64,000 bases of DNA from Eledone cirrhosa (lineage: Eukaryota), in the NCBI GenBank assembly GCA_964016885.1, contig OZ024740.1:98332001-98396000 (forward strand), given 5' to 3'. Of the stretch, positions 26,005 to 38,760 are shown piece by piece; position 1 is the first letter of the stretch; each line of letters opens with the position of its first letter. The notes below the pieces were generated by a model. The model saw nothing but the letters and a program-made list of their open reading frames with translations, had not been told where the DNA came from and searched no databases. The translations under genes were made by a program, and so were the position numbers.

Positions 26005-28392
26005 ATGTTCGACAACAACCAGAAGATGCTGTTTGGACAGCTTGAGGGGAAAGAAAGAGGCACCGACTTGATCCCTGGGGCGGAACAAGCTAAAACATTC
26101 TGGAGAGGAATATGGGAGCAGGATGTTAGACACAATGCCCAGGCAGGGTGGATTGAGACAGTACAGAGGGAGATCGGTGAGCAGGCACAGCAACAGACTG
26201 ATTTGAGTATCACAGTTGAAACTCTTAAGGGGCAAGCCAAAAAACTAACCAACTGGAAATCACCAGGCCCAGATGGTGTGCAGGGGTATTGGATTAAACA
26301 TTTAACATCCCTCCACCCGAAGCTGACGGCCATGTTCAATGACTGCTTGGTGTCGGGTGAGGTGCCAGAGTGGTTGACAAAAGGTACCACAGTTCTGATA
26401 ATGAAAGACCGAATCAAGGGTAATGATGTTACCAACTATAGACCTATCACATGTCTGCCCGTAATGTGGAAACTGTTGACGAGCATTGTGTCTGAGGAAA
26501 TCTACCATCACCTCCACACAAACAACTTGTTGCCGGACGAACAGAAAGGATGCCGAAAGAAGTCACGTGGTACAAAGGACCAGTTGCTTATTGATAAGAT
26601 GGTAATGGGGAATTGCAGGAGGAGACACACTGATCTTGCCATGGGATGGATAGACTACAGAAAGGCATTTGACATGGTGCCTCATTCCTGGATCACCAAA
26701 AGCCTGGAGATCTTCAGGGTGGCAGATAACATCAGACAGTTGCTGGGCAGGAGTATGGGGTCCTGGGAGACAGAGTTGACATCAACTGGAGTATCCTTGG
26801 GAAGCGTGAAGATCAAGAGAGGTATCTTCCAGGGAGATAGCCTGTCCCCTCTGTTGTTTGTCCTTGCCCTGATGCCCTTGACCATTATGCTGCGAAAAGT
26901 GAGAGCAGGATACAAGTTGGGAAGGGGAGGGCTTACCATCAATCACCTCCTCTTCATGGACGATCTTAAGCTCTTCGGGAAAAGTGAGAAGGAGTTGGAT
27001 GTGCTTGTTGACACTGTCCGTATTTTCAGCAGTGATATATGTATGCAGTTTGGTATTGGTAAATGTGGAGTCATTGTGATGAGGAGGGGTAGGTTGAGCA
27101 GAAGTAACGGGATCCAGATACCAACAGGTGAGATGATAAAGGAAATTGACTCTGAGGAAGGATACAAGTATTTGGGCGTTCTGGAGGCTGATGGCATAAA
27201 GAACAAAAAAATGAAGGAATTGTTAAGAACTGAATACATTCGGAGAGTAAGGAGCGTATTGAAGTCACATCTGAACAGCAGAAATGCCATAAGCGCAGTA
27301 AATTCCCGAGCTGTGTCTATTATTAGGTACAGTGCGGGAATTCTGAGATGGAATGTTGCTGAACAAAAAGAAATGGATAGGAAGACTAGGAAGCTATTGA
27401 CTATCTACAACATGTTCCACAAGAGGAGTGATGTCGATAGACTCTACCTAAGGAGATCTGAGGGTGGAAGAGGTCTTATCAGCATAGAGGACTGTGTTCA
27501 GATGGAGAAAAACAACCTATACAAATACGTGACCTATAGTAAGGAGCCAATGCTCAGAGCTGTACTGAAGGAGGGGACAGTAGGCCAGGGGATACCCAAG
27601 GAGGAAATAACATCAAGGAGGAAGAGCAGCCTTAAGGGAAAATCCCTTCATAGTACCTTCTTTGAGAAAACTGAATTTAGAGATCCACAGACATGGAACT
27701 GGTTGAGAAGAGGAGACCTCAAAAAGGCTACAGAAGGAATGCTAATGGCTGCGCAGGAGCAGGCCCTCAAAACGAAGTGGTTGAAGCACCATATCTACAA
27801 GGAGGAGGCTAGCCCACTGTGCAGCATCTGTGGAGAGAGAGAGGAGACTGTGGCTCACATTGTGTCCGAGTGTAAACACCTAGCCCAGACCCACTATAAG
27901 GGCTGGAGACACGATGTGATGGGCAGGGTGATCCACTGGCACCTGTGCAAAGTAAACAATCTACCACATTCTGAGAAATGGTATGAGCATAGGCCAGAGG
28001 CAGTGATGGAGAACAGTCAGGTGAAGGTGCTGTGGGATTTTAGGATACAGACGGACAAAAAACTGGAACACAATAGACCTGACCTGGTGGTTGTGGACAA
28101 AGAAAAAAGATCGTGCCTGATTGTGGATGTGGCCTGCCCGTTCGACACGAGAGTGCAAGAGAAGGAGAGGGAGAAAATTAACCGATACCAGGACCTAAAG
28201 TGGGAGGTGAAAAGGATTTGGAACTGCCATGAAGTCAAAGTGATCCCGATTGTCATAGGCGCACTGGGGACTATCTCCAAAGGTTTCCAGGGATGGTTAA
28301 AGAAAATCGGCCCCTTCACGCTTTTTGGAACGCTTCAAAAGGCATGCTTGCTTGGAACGGCAAGAACCCTCCGATACGTCCTGAATATCTGA
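26005..28392 (+). CDS. R4/Dong-type RT + CCHC + restriction-like endonuclease (5'-truncated, frame open)
   Basis: NWKSPGPDG, NYRPITCL, WIDYRKAFDMVPH, GIFQGDSLSP, HLLFMDD, CSICGEREETVAHIVSEC, RHD, RPDLVV...IVDVACP...K. Confidence 0.9.
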   Translation: MFDNNQKMLFGQLEGKERGTDLIPGAEQAKTFWRGIWEQDVRHNAQAGWIETVQREIGEQAQQQTDLSITVETLKGQAKKLTNWKSPGPDGVQGYWIKHLTSLHPKLTAMFNDCLVSGEVPEWLTKGTTVLIMKDRIKGNDVTNYRPITCLPVMWKLLTSIVSEEIYHHLHTNNLLPDEQKGCRKKSRGTKDQLLIDKMVMGNCRRRHTDLAMGWIDYRKAFDMVPHSWITKSLEIFRVADNIRQLLGRSMGSWETELTSTGVSLGSVKIKRGIFQGDSLSPLLFVLALMPLTIMLRKVRAGYKLGRGGLTINHLLFMDDLKLFGKSEKELDVLVDTVRIFSSDICMQFGIGKCGVIVMRRGRLSRSNGIQIPTGEMIKEIDSEEGYKYLGVLEADGIKNKKMKELLRTEYIRRVRSVLKSHLNSRNAISAVNSRAVSIIRYSAGILRWNVAEQKEMDRKTRKLLTIYNMFHKRSDVDRLYLRRSEGGRGLISIEDCVQMEKNNLYKYVTYSKEPMLRAVLKEGTVGQGIPKEEITSRRKSSLKGKSLHSTFFEKTEFRDPQTWNWLRRGDLKKATEGMLMAAQEQALKTKWLKHHIYKEEASPLCSICGEREETVAHIVSECKHLAQTHYKGWRHDVMGRVIHWHLCKVNNLPHSEKWYEHRPEAVMENSQVKVLWDFRIQTDKKLEHNRPDLVVVDKEKRSCLIVDVACPFDTRVQEKEREKINRYQDLKWEVKRIWNCHEVKVIPIVIGALGTISKGFQGWLKKIGPFTLFGTLQKACLLGTARTLRYVLNI

Positions 28393-28571
28393 GGCTGCAG
28401 GTAGTGGCTTGATATTCAATCCAACGGACTTTCCAGTTAACCAACATCAATGACTGAGATTCAAGGAATAACAATAACAATAATAATAATAATAATAATA
28501 ATAATAATCAGGCAGGGTGGATTGAGACAGTACAGAGGGAGATCGGTGAGCAGGCACAACAACAGACTGAT

Positions 28572-30761
28572 TTGAGTATCACAGTTGAAACTCTTAAGGG
28601 GCAGGCCAAAAAACTAACCAACTGGAAATCACCAGGCCCAGATGGTGTGCAGGGGTATTGGATTAAACATTTAACATCCCTCCACCCGAAGCTGACGGCC
28701 ATGTTCAATGACTGCTTGGTGTCGGGTGAGGTGCCAGAGTGGTTGACAAAAGGTACCACAGTTCTGATAATGAAAGACCGAATCAAGGGTAATGATGTTA
28801 CCAACTATAGACCTATCACATGTCTGTCCGTAATGTGGAAACTGTTGACGAGCATTGTGTCTGAGGAAATCTACCATCACCTCCACACAAACAACTTGTT
28901 ACCGGACGAACAGAAAGGATGCCGAAAGAAGTCCCGTGGTACAAAGGACCAGTTGCTTATTGATAAGATGGTAATGGGGAATTGCAGGAGGAGACACACT
29001 GATCTTGCCATGGGATGGATAGACTACAGAAAGGCATTTGACATGGTGCCTCATTCCTGGATCACCAAAAGCCTGGAGATCTTCAGGGTGGCAGATAACA
29101 TCAGACAGTTGCTGGGCAGGAGTATGGGGTCCTGGGAGACAGAGTTGACATCAACTGGAGTATCCTTGGGAAGCGTGAAGATCAAGAGAGGTATCTTCCA
29201 GGGAGATAGCCTGTCCCCTCTGTTGTTTGTCCTTGCCCTGATGCCCTTGACCATTATGCTGCGAAAAGTGAGAGCAGGATACAAGTTGGGAAGGGGAGAG
29301 CTTATCATCAATCACCTCTTCTTCATGGACGATCTTAAGCTCTTCGGGAAAAGTGAGAAGGAGTTGGATGTGCTTGTTGACACTGTCCGTATTTTCAGCA
29401 CTGATATATGTATGCAGTTTGGTATTGGTAAATGTGGAGTCATTGTGATGAGGAGGGGTAGGTTGAGCAGAAGTAACGGGATCCAGATACCAACAGGTGA
29501 GATGATAAAGGAAATTGACTCTGAGGAAGGATACAAGTATTTGGGCGTTCTGGAGGCTGATGGCATAAAGAACAAAAAAATGAAGGAATTGTTAAGAACT
29601 GAATACATTCGGAGAGTAAGGAGCGTATTGAAGTCACATCTGAACAGCAGAAATGCCATAAGCGCAGTAAATTCCCGAGCTGTGTCTATTATTAGGTACA
29701 GTGCGGGAATTCTGAGATGGAATGTTGCTGAACAAAAAGAAATGGATAGGAAGACTAGGAAGCTATTGACTATCTACAACATGTTCCACAAGAGGAGTGA
29801 TGTCGATAGACTCTACCTAAGGAGATCTGAGGGTGGAAGAGGTCTTATCAGCATAGAGGACTGTGTTCAGATGGAGAAAAACAACCTATACAAATACGTG
29901 ACCTATAGTAAGGAGCCAATGCTCAGAGCTGTACTGAAGGAGGGGACAGTAGGCCAGGGGATATCTAAGGAGGAAATAACATCAAGGAGGAAGAGCAGCC
30001 TTAAGGGAAAATCCCTTCATAGTACCTTCTTTGAGAAAACTGAATTTAGAGATCCACAGACATGGAACTGGTTAAGAAGAGGAGACCTCAAAAAGGCTAC
30101 AGAAGGAATGCTAATGGCTGCGCAGGAGCAGGCCCTCAAAACGAAGTGGTTGAAGCACCATATCTACAAGGAGGAGGCTAGCCCACTGTGCAGCATCTGT
30201 GGAGAGAGAGAGGAGACTGTGGCTCACATTGTGTCCGAGTGTAAACACCTAGCCCAGACCCACTATAAGGGCTGGAGACACGATGTGATGGGCAGGGTGA
30301 TCCACTGGCACCTGTGCAAAGTAAACAATCTACCACATTCTGAGAAATGGTATGACCATAGGCCAGAGGCGGTGAGGGAGAACAGTCAGGTGAAGGTGCT
30401 GTGGGATTTTAGGATACAGACGGACAAAAAACTGGAACACAATAGACCTGACCTGGTGGTTGTGGACAAAGAAAAAAGATCGTGCCTGATTGTGGATGTG
30501 GCCTGCCCGTTCGACACGAGAGTGCAAGAGAAGGAGAGGGAGAAAATTAACCGATACCAGGACCTAAAGTGGGAGGTGAAAAGGATTTGGAACTGCCATG
30601 AAGTCAAAGTGATCCCGATTGTCATAGGCGCACTGGGGACTATCTCCAAAAGTTTCCAGGGATGGTTAAAGAAAATCGGCCCCTTCACGCTTTTTGGAAC
30701 GCTTCAAAAGGCATGCTTGCTTGGAACAGCAAGAACCCTCCGATACGTCCTGAATATCTGA
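28572..30761 (+). CDS. second R4/Dong-type RT-RLE copy (5'-truncated, frame open)
   Basis: Differs from 26005-28392 by only a handful of residues. The frame begins at the truncation point, 28509. Confidence 0.9.
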   Translation: MSITVETLKGQAKKLTNWKSPGPDGVQGYWIKHLTSLHPKLTAMFNDCLVSGEVPEWLTKGTTVLIMKDRIKGNDVTNYRPITCLSVMWKLLTSIVSEEIYHHLHTNNLLPDEQKGCRKKSRGTKDQLLIDKMVMGNCRRRHTDLAMGWIDYRKAFDMVPHSWITKSLEIFRVADNIRQLLGRSMGSWETELTSTGVSLGSVKIKRGIFQGDSLSPLLFVLALMPLTIMLRKVRAGYKLGRGELIINHLFFMDDLKLFGKSEKELDVLVDTVRIFSTDICMQFGIGKCGVIVMRRGRLSRSNGIQIPTGEMIKEIDSEEGYKYLGVLEADGIKNKKMKELLRTEYIRRVRSVLKSHLNSRNAISAVNSRAVSIIRYSAGILRWNVAEQKEMDRKTRKLLTIYNMFHKRSDVDRLYLRRSEGGRGLISIEDCVQMEKNNLYKYVTYSKEPMLRAVLKEGTVGQGISKEEITSRRKSSLKGKSLHSTFFEKTEFRDPQTWNWLRRGDLKKATEGMLMAAQEQALKTKWLKHHIYKEEASPLCSICGEREETVAHIVSECKHLAQTHYKGWRHDVMGRVIHWHLCKVNNLPHSEKWYDHRPEAVRENSQVKVLWDFRIQTDKKLEHNRPDLVVVDKEKRSCLIVDVACPFDTRVQEKEREKINRYQDLKWEVKRIWNCHEVKVIPIVIGALGTISKSFQGWLKKIGPFTLFGTLQKACLLGTARTLRYVLNI

Positions 30762-31164
30762 GGCTGCAGGTAGTGGATTGATATTCATTCCAACGGACTT
30801 TCCAGTTAACCAACATCAATGACTGAGATTCAAGGAATAACAATAACAATAATAATAATAATAATTATAATTAAAGTGGGAGGTAAAATGGATTTGGAAC
30901 AGCCATGAAGTCAAAGTGGTCCCGATTGTCATAGGCGCACTAGGTAATATCTCAAAAAGTTTCCAGGGATGGCTAAGGAAAATTGGCCCCTTCACGCTTT
31001 TTGGAACGCTTCAAAAGGCATGCTTGCTGGGAACAGCAAGAACCCTCCGATACGTCCTGAATATCTGAGGCTGCAGGTAGTGGCTTGATATTCATTTCAA
31101 CAAACTTTCCAGTTAACTAACATCAATGACTGAGACTCAAAGAATAATAATAATAATAATAATA

Positions 31165-33654
31165 AAGCTAAATATTATCATAGAGGAACTGAAGCAACGC
31201 ATTGTAGCAAAGAGTGCAAAAATCAGGCGATACGAGAACAGAGTCAGCCAGTATAGACAGAACCGCATGTTCGACAACAACCAGAAGATGCTGTTTGGAC
31301 AGCTTGAATGGAAAGAAAGAGGCAACGACTTGATCCCTGAGGCGGAACAAACTAAAACATTCTGGAGAGGAATATGGGAGCAGGATGTTAAACATAATGA
31401 CCAGGCAGTGTGGATTGATACAGTACAGAAGGAGATCAGTGAACAGGCACACCAACAAACTGATTTGAGTATCACAGTTGAAACTCTTAAGGGGCAGGCC
31501 AAAAAACTAACCAACTGGAAATCACCAGGCCCAGATGGTGTGCAGGGGTATTGGATTAAAAACATAACATCCCTCCACCCGAAACTGACAACCATGTTCA
31601 ATGACTGCTTGATGTCAGGTGAGGTACCAGAGTGGTTGACAAAAGGTACCAGAGTTCTGATAATGAAAGACCGAATCAAGGGTAATGATGTTACCAACTA
31701 TAGACCTGTCACATGTCTGTTCGTAATGTGGAAACTGTTGACAAGCATTATGTTTGAGCAAATCTACCATCACCTCCACACAAACAACTTGTTACCGGGC
31801 GAACAGAAAGGATGCCAAAAGAAGTCACGTGGTACAAAGGACCAGTTACTTATTGATAAGATGGTAATGAGGAATTGCAAGAGGAGACACACTGGTCTTG
31901 CCATGGGATGGATAGACTACAAAAAGGCATTTGACATGGTGCCTCATTCTTGGATCACCAAAAGCCTGGAGATATTCAAGGTGGCAGATAACATCAGACA
32001 GTTGTTGGGCAAAAGTATGAAGTCCTGGGAAACAGAGTTAACATCAACTGGAGAATCCTTGGGAAGCGTGAAGATCAAGAGAGGTATCTTCCAGGGAGAT
32101 AGTCTGTCCCCTCTGTTGTTTGTCCTTGCCCTGATGCCCCTGACCAGAGTACTGCGAAAAGTGAGAGCAGGATACAGGTTGGGAAAGGGAGGGCTTACCA
32201 TCAATCACCTCCTCTTCATGGACGATCTTAAGCTCTTCGGGAAGAGTGAGAAGGAGTTGAATGTGCTTGTTGACACTGTCCGTATTTTCAGCAATGATAT
32301 ATGTATGCAATTTGGTATTAGTAAGTGTGGAGTCATTGTGATGAGGAGGGGTAATTTGAGCAGAAGTAACGGAATCCAGATACCAACAGGTCAGATGATA
32401 AAGGAAATTGACTCTGAGGAAGGATACCAGTATTTGGGCGTTCTGGAGGCTGATGACATCAAGAACAAAAAAATGAAGGAATTGATAAGATATAAATACA
32501 TTCGGAGAGTAAGGAGCGTATTAAAGTCACATCTGAACAGCAGAAATGCTATAAGCGCAGTAAATTGCCGAGCTGTGTCTATTATTAGGTACAGTGCGGG
32601 AATTCTGAGATGGAATGTTGCTGAACAAAAAGAAATGGACAGGAAGACTAGGAAGCTATTGACTATCTACAATATGTTCCACAAGACGAGTGATGTCGAT
32701 AGATTCTACTTAAGGAGATCTGAAGGTGGAAGAGGTCTTATCAGCATAGAGGACTGTGTTCAGATGGAGAAAAACAACCTACACAAATACGTGACTGATA
32801 GTAAGGAGCCAATGCTCAGAACTGTACTGAAGGAGGGGACAATAGGCCAGGGGATGTCCAAGGAGGAAATAACATCAAGGAGGAAGAGCAGCCTTCAGGA
32901 AAAATCCCTTCATAGTACCTTCTTTGAGAAAACTGAATTTAGAGATCCACAGACATGGAACTGGTTGAAAAGAGGAGACCTTAAAAAGGCTACATAAGGA
33001 ATGTTAATGGCTGTGCAGGAGCAGGCCCTCAAAACGAAGTGGTTGAAACACCATATTTACAAGGAGGAGGCTAGCCGACTGTGCAGGATCTGTGGGGAGA
33101 GAGAGGAGACTGTTACTCACATTGTATCCGAATGTAAACACCTAGCCCAGACTCACTATAAGGGCTGGAGACATGATGTAATGGGCAGGGTGATCAATTG
33201 GCACCTATGCAAAGTAAACAATTTACCACATTCTGAGAAGTGGTATGAGCATAAGCCAGAGGCGGTGATAGAAAACTATCAGGTGAAGGTGCTGTGGGAT
33301 TTTAGGATACAGACGGACAAGAAACTGGAACACAATAGACCTGACCTGGTGGTTTTGGACAAAGAAAAAAGATAGTGCCTGATTGTGGATGTGGCCTGCC
33401 CATTCGACACGAGAGTGCAAGAGAAGGAGAGGGAGAAAATTAACCGATACCAGGACTTAAAGTGGGAGGTAAAAAGGATTTGGAACTGCCATGAAGTCAA
33501 AGTGATCCCGATTGTCATAGGCACACTAGGGACTATCTCAAAAAGTTTCCCGGGATGGTTAAGGAAATTTGGCCCCTTCACGCTTTTTGGAACGCTTCAA
33601 AAGGCATGCTTGCTGGGAACAGCAAGAACCCTCCGATACGTCCTGAATATCTGA
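31165..33654 (+). pseudogene. third, more diverged R4/Dong-type RT-RLE copy with two in-frame stops
   Basis: Same domains, with TAA at 32995-32997 and TAG at 33373-33375. Confidence 0.9.
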
Positions 33655-33730
33655 GGCTGCAGGTAGTGGCTTGATATTCATTTCAACAAACTTTCCAGTT
33701 AACTAACATCAATGACTGAGACTCAAAGAA

Positions 33731-33773
<43 letters not shown>

Positions 33774-34742
33774 AATAATGATAATAGCAAACTTAATAAC
33801 TGCTACTGATAGGTGGGACTTTTCTACCTGCCAATTGATTGTAGTATAAATGGACAATAAAACAAAGCAGCTTGGATACTATTGCAATTTATGTCCTCTT
33901 AGATCCTGTAATATATTTCAAAACAAGCAACATTCAATTGCTTGACAGAATATATCTGAATCTCTTGAGAAAAAAAATTTAATTAAGTGAGTTTTCTGAT
34001 ATATTGTGCTATGATATCTGAATGTAATTATTAGATATTTGTCCAATATGATAATAATATCATTTGGACAGAAATTATCTTTTCCCATTGCTCTATCATT
34101 AGTTCAGACATTATCAATACTGTATTTGACTTGAGAGGTATAACCTAAGCTGATGCCTTTAAATGTTTATCTTTGATGCAGAAATATCAATCAGCTCAAA
34201 CTCCCATAACATTGTAAACTGTGTAATCTATATGCAGTTGAGTTATCAAAACTTTTACATATGCTCTCCCAAAAGTGACATAAAGAGAAAACACAGATAT
34301 TTCTTCAACAGTGTCAACGAGTCGGATTATAAGCTCATTTCCAGGTAGTATTTGATGCAAATACACATTTAGATGATTAAACTTTCAGATGCAGGTTAGA
34401 GAAAAATATAAGACCAAGATAGAATAAAAACTATAGAATCAAGCTGAAAACAAAGTCCTTCTTCCCTTGTCATGAACTGGAACTGAGTTTTGTATTCTAT
34501 AAATAGATTTTACAAGACAATAACAACATAGAGATGATGAATTGCAGTAATAGTAAAGTAAAGGCTAAAAAATATTTAGTTACAAATGTTTACATTCTGA
34601 ACAAACTATACTGCTTGAGATCAAGAGTTTATTTTCCCCTTTACAGAAGCTTAAAAGAAAGATAAGTCCTGGAGTCGACATAAACTGATACTTCTCTTCT
34701 CAATTTTGTGAGATTGTGCACAAATTAGAGATTATTATTTTT

Positions 34743-34904
34743 AGAGGGTCGGACACCTTGCTTTGACGCATAGAGTTACGGCCCTTGCCATTCTGAGTTC
34801 AAATCCCGCCGAGGTTAACTTTGCCTTTCATCCTTACTGGGTCGATAAAATAAAGTACCAGTAATGTACTGGGTATTTGCTGGCCTTGTGCCAATAGTAG
34901 AAAC
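34743..34904 (+). mobile_element. SINE family A (slightly 5'-truncated)
   Basis: Sequence match to the family. ATTATTTTT on both flanks. Confidence 0.85.
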
Positions 34905-36411
34905 AATTATTTTTCAGTATTTATTTGCATGGTTTCTTTGTACAACCAAACACGTCTCTGTGTGCTGTGAACATGTACAGAATGTTGTTCAGGTCCTCTA
35001 TTTTCTATTGTATTTATAATATTCTATGCAATATGAGTACATTGTGCCGAGTTGTGCTATTTACTGCTATTATTTACGTTAATGTTTTGGTTACATTTTT
35101 AGCTATAAATTTTTTAAGCATTCTTATATTATTATAGAGATCGTTTATTTTTGCTAGAGAGGGATGAGATCCAGAACGTTTAAATGCCCATGACATATAT
35201 GTAACAATGAAACCCTTATAACTCCCTCAGATGTTAAGGGCACATGAATGGATATTTATTATTGTAGCACTCATATTCAGCTTCTCTTTATTTCCAGATT
35301 TTTATATTTGAATAATTTCTCCATTTCTGTTAGGAAAGTATTTTATCATAATTCAAAACTCATACTTTAATTGGCAAGCTCTACCTTTACAATACTCTGA
35401 TGACTTACAGATTATTTCATTTTTCATAATGTATAGATTACTTATTTTATTGATATGGCCTCCCACAACTGTTCAGGTGCTACTTTTATTGTTTTGTGAA
35501 TTCTCATATATTGTCATCCTTTTGTTATCTACAGAATCCTCTTTTCTTCCTGTTAATGCTTTTCTAGATAGATTTCTGGTAATTGTGACTTGGAATATGA
35601 ATGTTCTGAATCTAATATTTTGAACCAATATTTTGGGATCTAATATTTTATTTACAAATATCATATACAAATATATTATAGTTTTGATTGTCAGTTGAGT
35701 GCAGCTATGCAATATGCTTGTAGAATAATAACATATTCATTTTGAGACTATTTATGCATTTTATTTTGTATCAAAATTGTCATACTTCCTATGGGGAGAT
35801 ACTGGTCAATATGTTTCTGATGATGCTGAGTTTTGTATGTTATATTTTTTATATATGTTATGTATCAAATTCAAAGTATGAACTCCCCTTAACTTTGGGC
35901 TGAATTATATAGTATTTATTTGTATTGTGGTGTTGATATGGCATGTGTTTCATTATCTTGTTTATTCATGGTTTCTGATTTTCCACCAATACAAACATCG
36001 ACACTGCAATTATTGTATAAAGTAAATATCAATAAACTGCACAAGTAAATCAATCAATTGGAGATATCCTTGAACTGCTGCCTTTTTTGTAGGTGGAGGG
36101 GGCTTCAGTATTTACTCAATGTTAAGTTAAATGACATTTTCATTGCAATTGATGAATGATTATTATTGATGTTGTTTTTAGGTTTATTGGCCTACACCCT
36201 AGTCATAATAGGTAGAAATTGATGGCTACTTGCTCAGATGTAATGGTAACACATCTTTCTAGTATACAGGCATATGTAAGTTCGATTTCAATAGGTGCTT
36301 ATCCATGGTTTTGTGCCTCAAGAGAGTTAACTGACTATTTCACGACTGCTTTGTAGTGATCATTTATTGTGGTTCTTTGCTCAATATAAAAATAATATAT
36401 GCTATTTATAT

Positions 36412-36830
36412 TGGCAGTATTGGTAGAGTGTCAGACAACATGCTCTATGGCATATAGTTAAGGCCCTTTATATTCTAAGTTCGAATCGTGCCAAGGTTAA
36501 CTTTGCCTTTCATCTTTACGGGGGTCAATAAAATAAGTACCAGTATCACACTGGGATCGATTTAAATGACTTTCCACTTCCCTTCAAATTGCTGGCCTAG
36601 TTCTAAATGTAGAAACAATTATTATTATTATTACTGGATTGGCAGAATCATTAGACTGTTGGACACACTACCTTGAAGTATTTATTTGTGACAAGTTATG
36701 TTCTGAGTTCAACCCTCGCAAATGTCAAGTTAGCTTTTTATCTTTCTGGGGTTAATAAAATAAATTACTGATCAAGTACTGGAATCAATATGATCAACTA
36801 TTCCTTCCCCAAATTTTCATTTCGTGCCTG
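36412..36830 (+). mobile_element. two tandem older SINE family A-related copies joined by (ATT)n
   Basis: 36412-36617 and ~36635-36830 each show TTGGCAG...GTTC.A...TTGCCTTTCATC-like blocks. Confidence 0.7.
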
Positions 36831-37249
36831 TATACTTTTCTCAAATGATGTCTTGATTCTTTCTAATACACTCCCATAACATAACTTTAATTGTTAGATA
36901 ATAGAACAAAGCAGCAAGCATCTTACTTTCTACTTCAACCATTTCTAGAGAAGCCAGGCATATAATGCAAGTTTTTATAGCTCTTTCAAGAGTCACATCC
37001 CTCCTCCATATCATGTTCCATACATACCATTTGGTTGAAATCTTGTACCAGGTGTATATCCGGTCTGTTGCCTTCAGAAGGCTGTCCTAAAAAGACTACC
37101 CACTGGTATTCTTCCCCTCCTGCCATACACGTCAACTAGAAATTCTCTGAATCTTCAATTAGTTGAGGTGCTTTTCAGCTTCTCTATTTTCATCTTCAGA
37201 TTGTCCTGTGTCTCTAAGTCTGTCTAGTTCTTGCTGTAAAGTCACTAAT

Positions 37250-38760
37250 CACTTATTTATAATTAGTGGTACATTTTTTTCTAGGGAGTGACTTGGCATT
37301 TACGACCACATGTTTATGTCATTTCCTTGTCAGAATGAGGTCTTTTTGACATGTGTGTTCACTTGATTATTAGGTAATTAGGCGGATGGCATGATTCCTG
37401 AAGTGGTTATATTATTTGTGTCACAGAACAACTGGAGCCTCTCCATATTTCTTGTATCACTTCCATTATCTCTGTGTATCCCAGCCAAACTACCATGGTA
37501 GTACCCAATGTGCTCATGTAAATCACTAGCTGCTACAATAAAATCACTGTCCATCTTTATCGATAGTTGGTTTGATATTTGTGTAAAATTACTGGCTATG
37601 ATTTATCTTGCAATAGAAATTAGTATTTCAAAAAGGGCAATATTTGCAACTTCTGAGAGAAGAGTTTACTGTAGTCACCATCAACTACTTCCAACTTAAA
37701 CTATTCAGATTGAACAAAAACATTGATATGAATTCTTTCTGCTGCATTATGAACTCAGATGTTTAAAATAAGTGCTGGTCAACCTATTAAAAGTAATGAA
37801 ACAATTCTTGAAATTTGCTACTATATTATTCATGTCTTTATTGCACCTGAGCTTTTCAAACATTGTATTGCAGTTGTCATCAGTCAAGACAACACAATTC
37901 TCAGAGAGATCATTTTTCTCCAAAGTTTCCTTAATATAATTAGCGATTATGTCTACAGTCTCATTGAGTGTGTTCTTTAACTCAATCAGTTTTGACTGTA
38001 AACGTTTAGTCAAAGTGCTGAATAATTACAGGAAATAGATTCATTGAATTGTGATTACTTCCATCTGTAGCAATTACTCAATATACTATATCATTTTCTT
38101 CAAGTGTTTTCAATACAGTATTAAGAGAATGTGAGGCAAAGCAGAGAATTAACAATTGCTTCTGTTTAAGCTGGAGCTAGTAAATGTCCTTGACACCTCA
38201 AAGAAAGTAATTTTAACCAATGTAAATGAACAGTTAATAGACCTGAAACAATTGTAGTGTTTAACAATGTGAAGTGTATAACTACCCTCTACAGCAGTAA
38301 CATAATGTTCAGTTTTTAAATCTGTTTTGAAAAAAGAAATATGTCAGGCACATCAATGAGTCTCTCCTTCAAATGTCTTCTTGTGTATTTTTGAGTCCTT
38401 CTGTTTGTGAATCATTAATATTTGTATTTGCCACTGGGCATGCATTCCTGGTTTGCACACACAACACTGTGTTTGCTCTTCATCCCTGCCTCTGTTGTGA
38501 GTTTACCCTGTAACTGTATAGTGATTTTACATTTGTGCCTGTGCATTTTGTCTCTGTGGTTTACGGTATTGTTTTATGCTCTTGAAAAGTACTATAAATT
38601 GTACATATTCACTGTTACAACCAGCAACAAATCCAGAAGGACTAAGATCAAAGACTATTACTGCAGACTAAGTTCCTTTCATTTCCATTCATCCATTTGC
38701 CTGAAATTTCTGATGACATAGTGTCATTTGGGAATTTAAATTCTTCCAAGGAGAAAGAGA
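37250..38760 (-). pseudogene. decayed hAT-like transposase
   Basis: VIATDGSNHNSMNLFPVIIQHFD followed by KLIELKNTLNETVDIIANYIKETLEKNDL...LTDDNCNTMF, which resembles the region around the first two catalytic Asp residues of hAT transposases. No TIRs identified. Confidence 0.6.

Larger units (their letters stand above)
25557..33785 (+). mobile_element. head-to-tail array of five 5'-truncated R4/Dong-type RLE LINEs separated by (AAT)n
   Basis: Units at 25557-25910, 25969-28466, 28509-30835, 30871-31142 and 31165-33728. All share the 3' UTR ...CCAGTTAA..AACATCAATGACTGAG..TCAA.G followed by (AAT)n. Confidence 0.92.

Noticed and set aside
31126-31164. Apparent start MTETQRIIIIIII of the 623-aa ORF
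   Set aside because: Chance in-frame read-through from the previous unit's 3' UTR and the (AAT)n spacer. The true N-terminus is truncated.
35473-35610. Possible terminal exon on the minus strand with downstream AATAAA
   Set aside because: No recognisable protein similarity, and such signals are common in AT-rich DNA.
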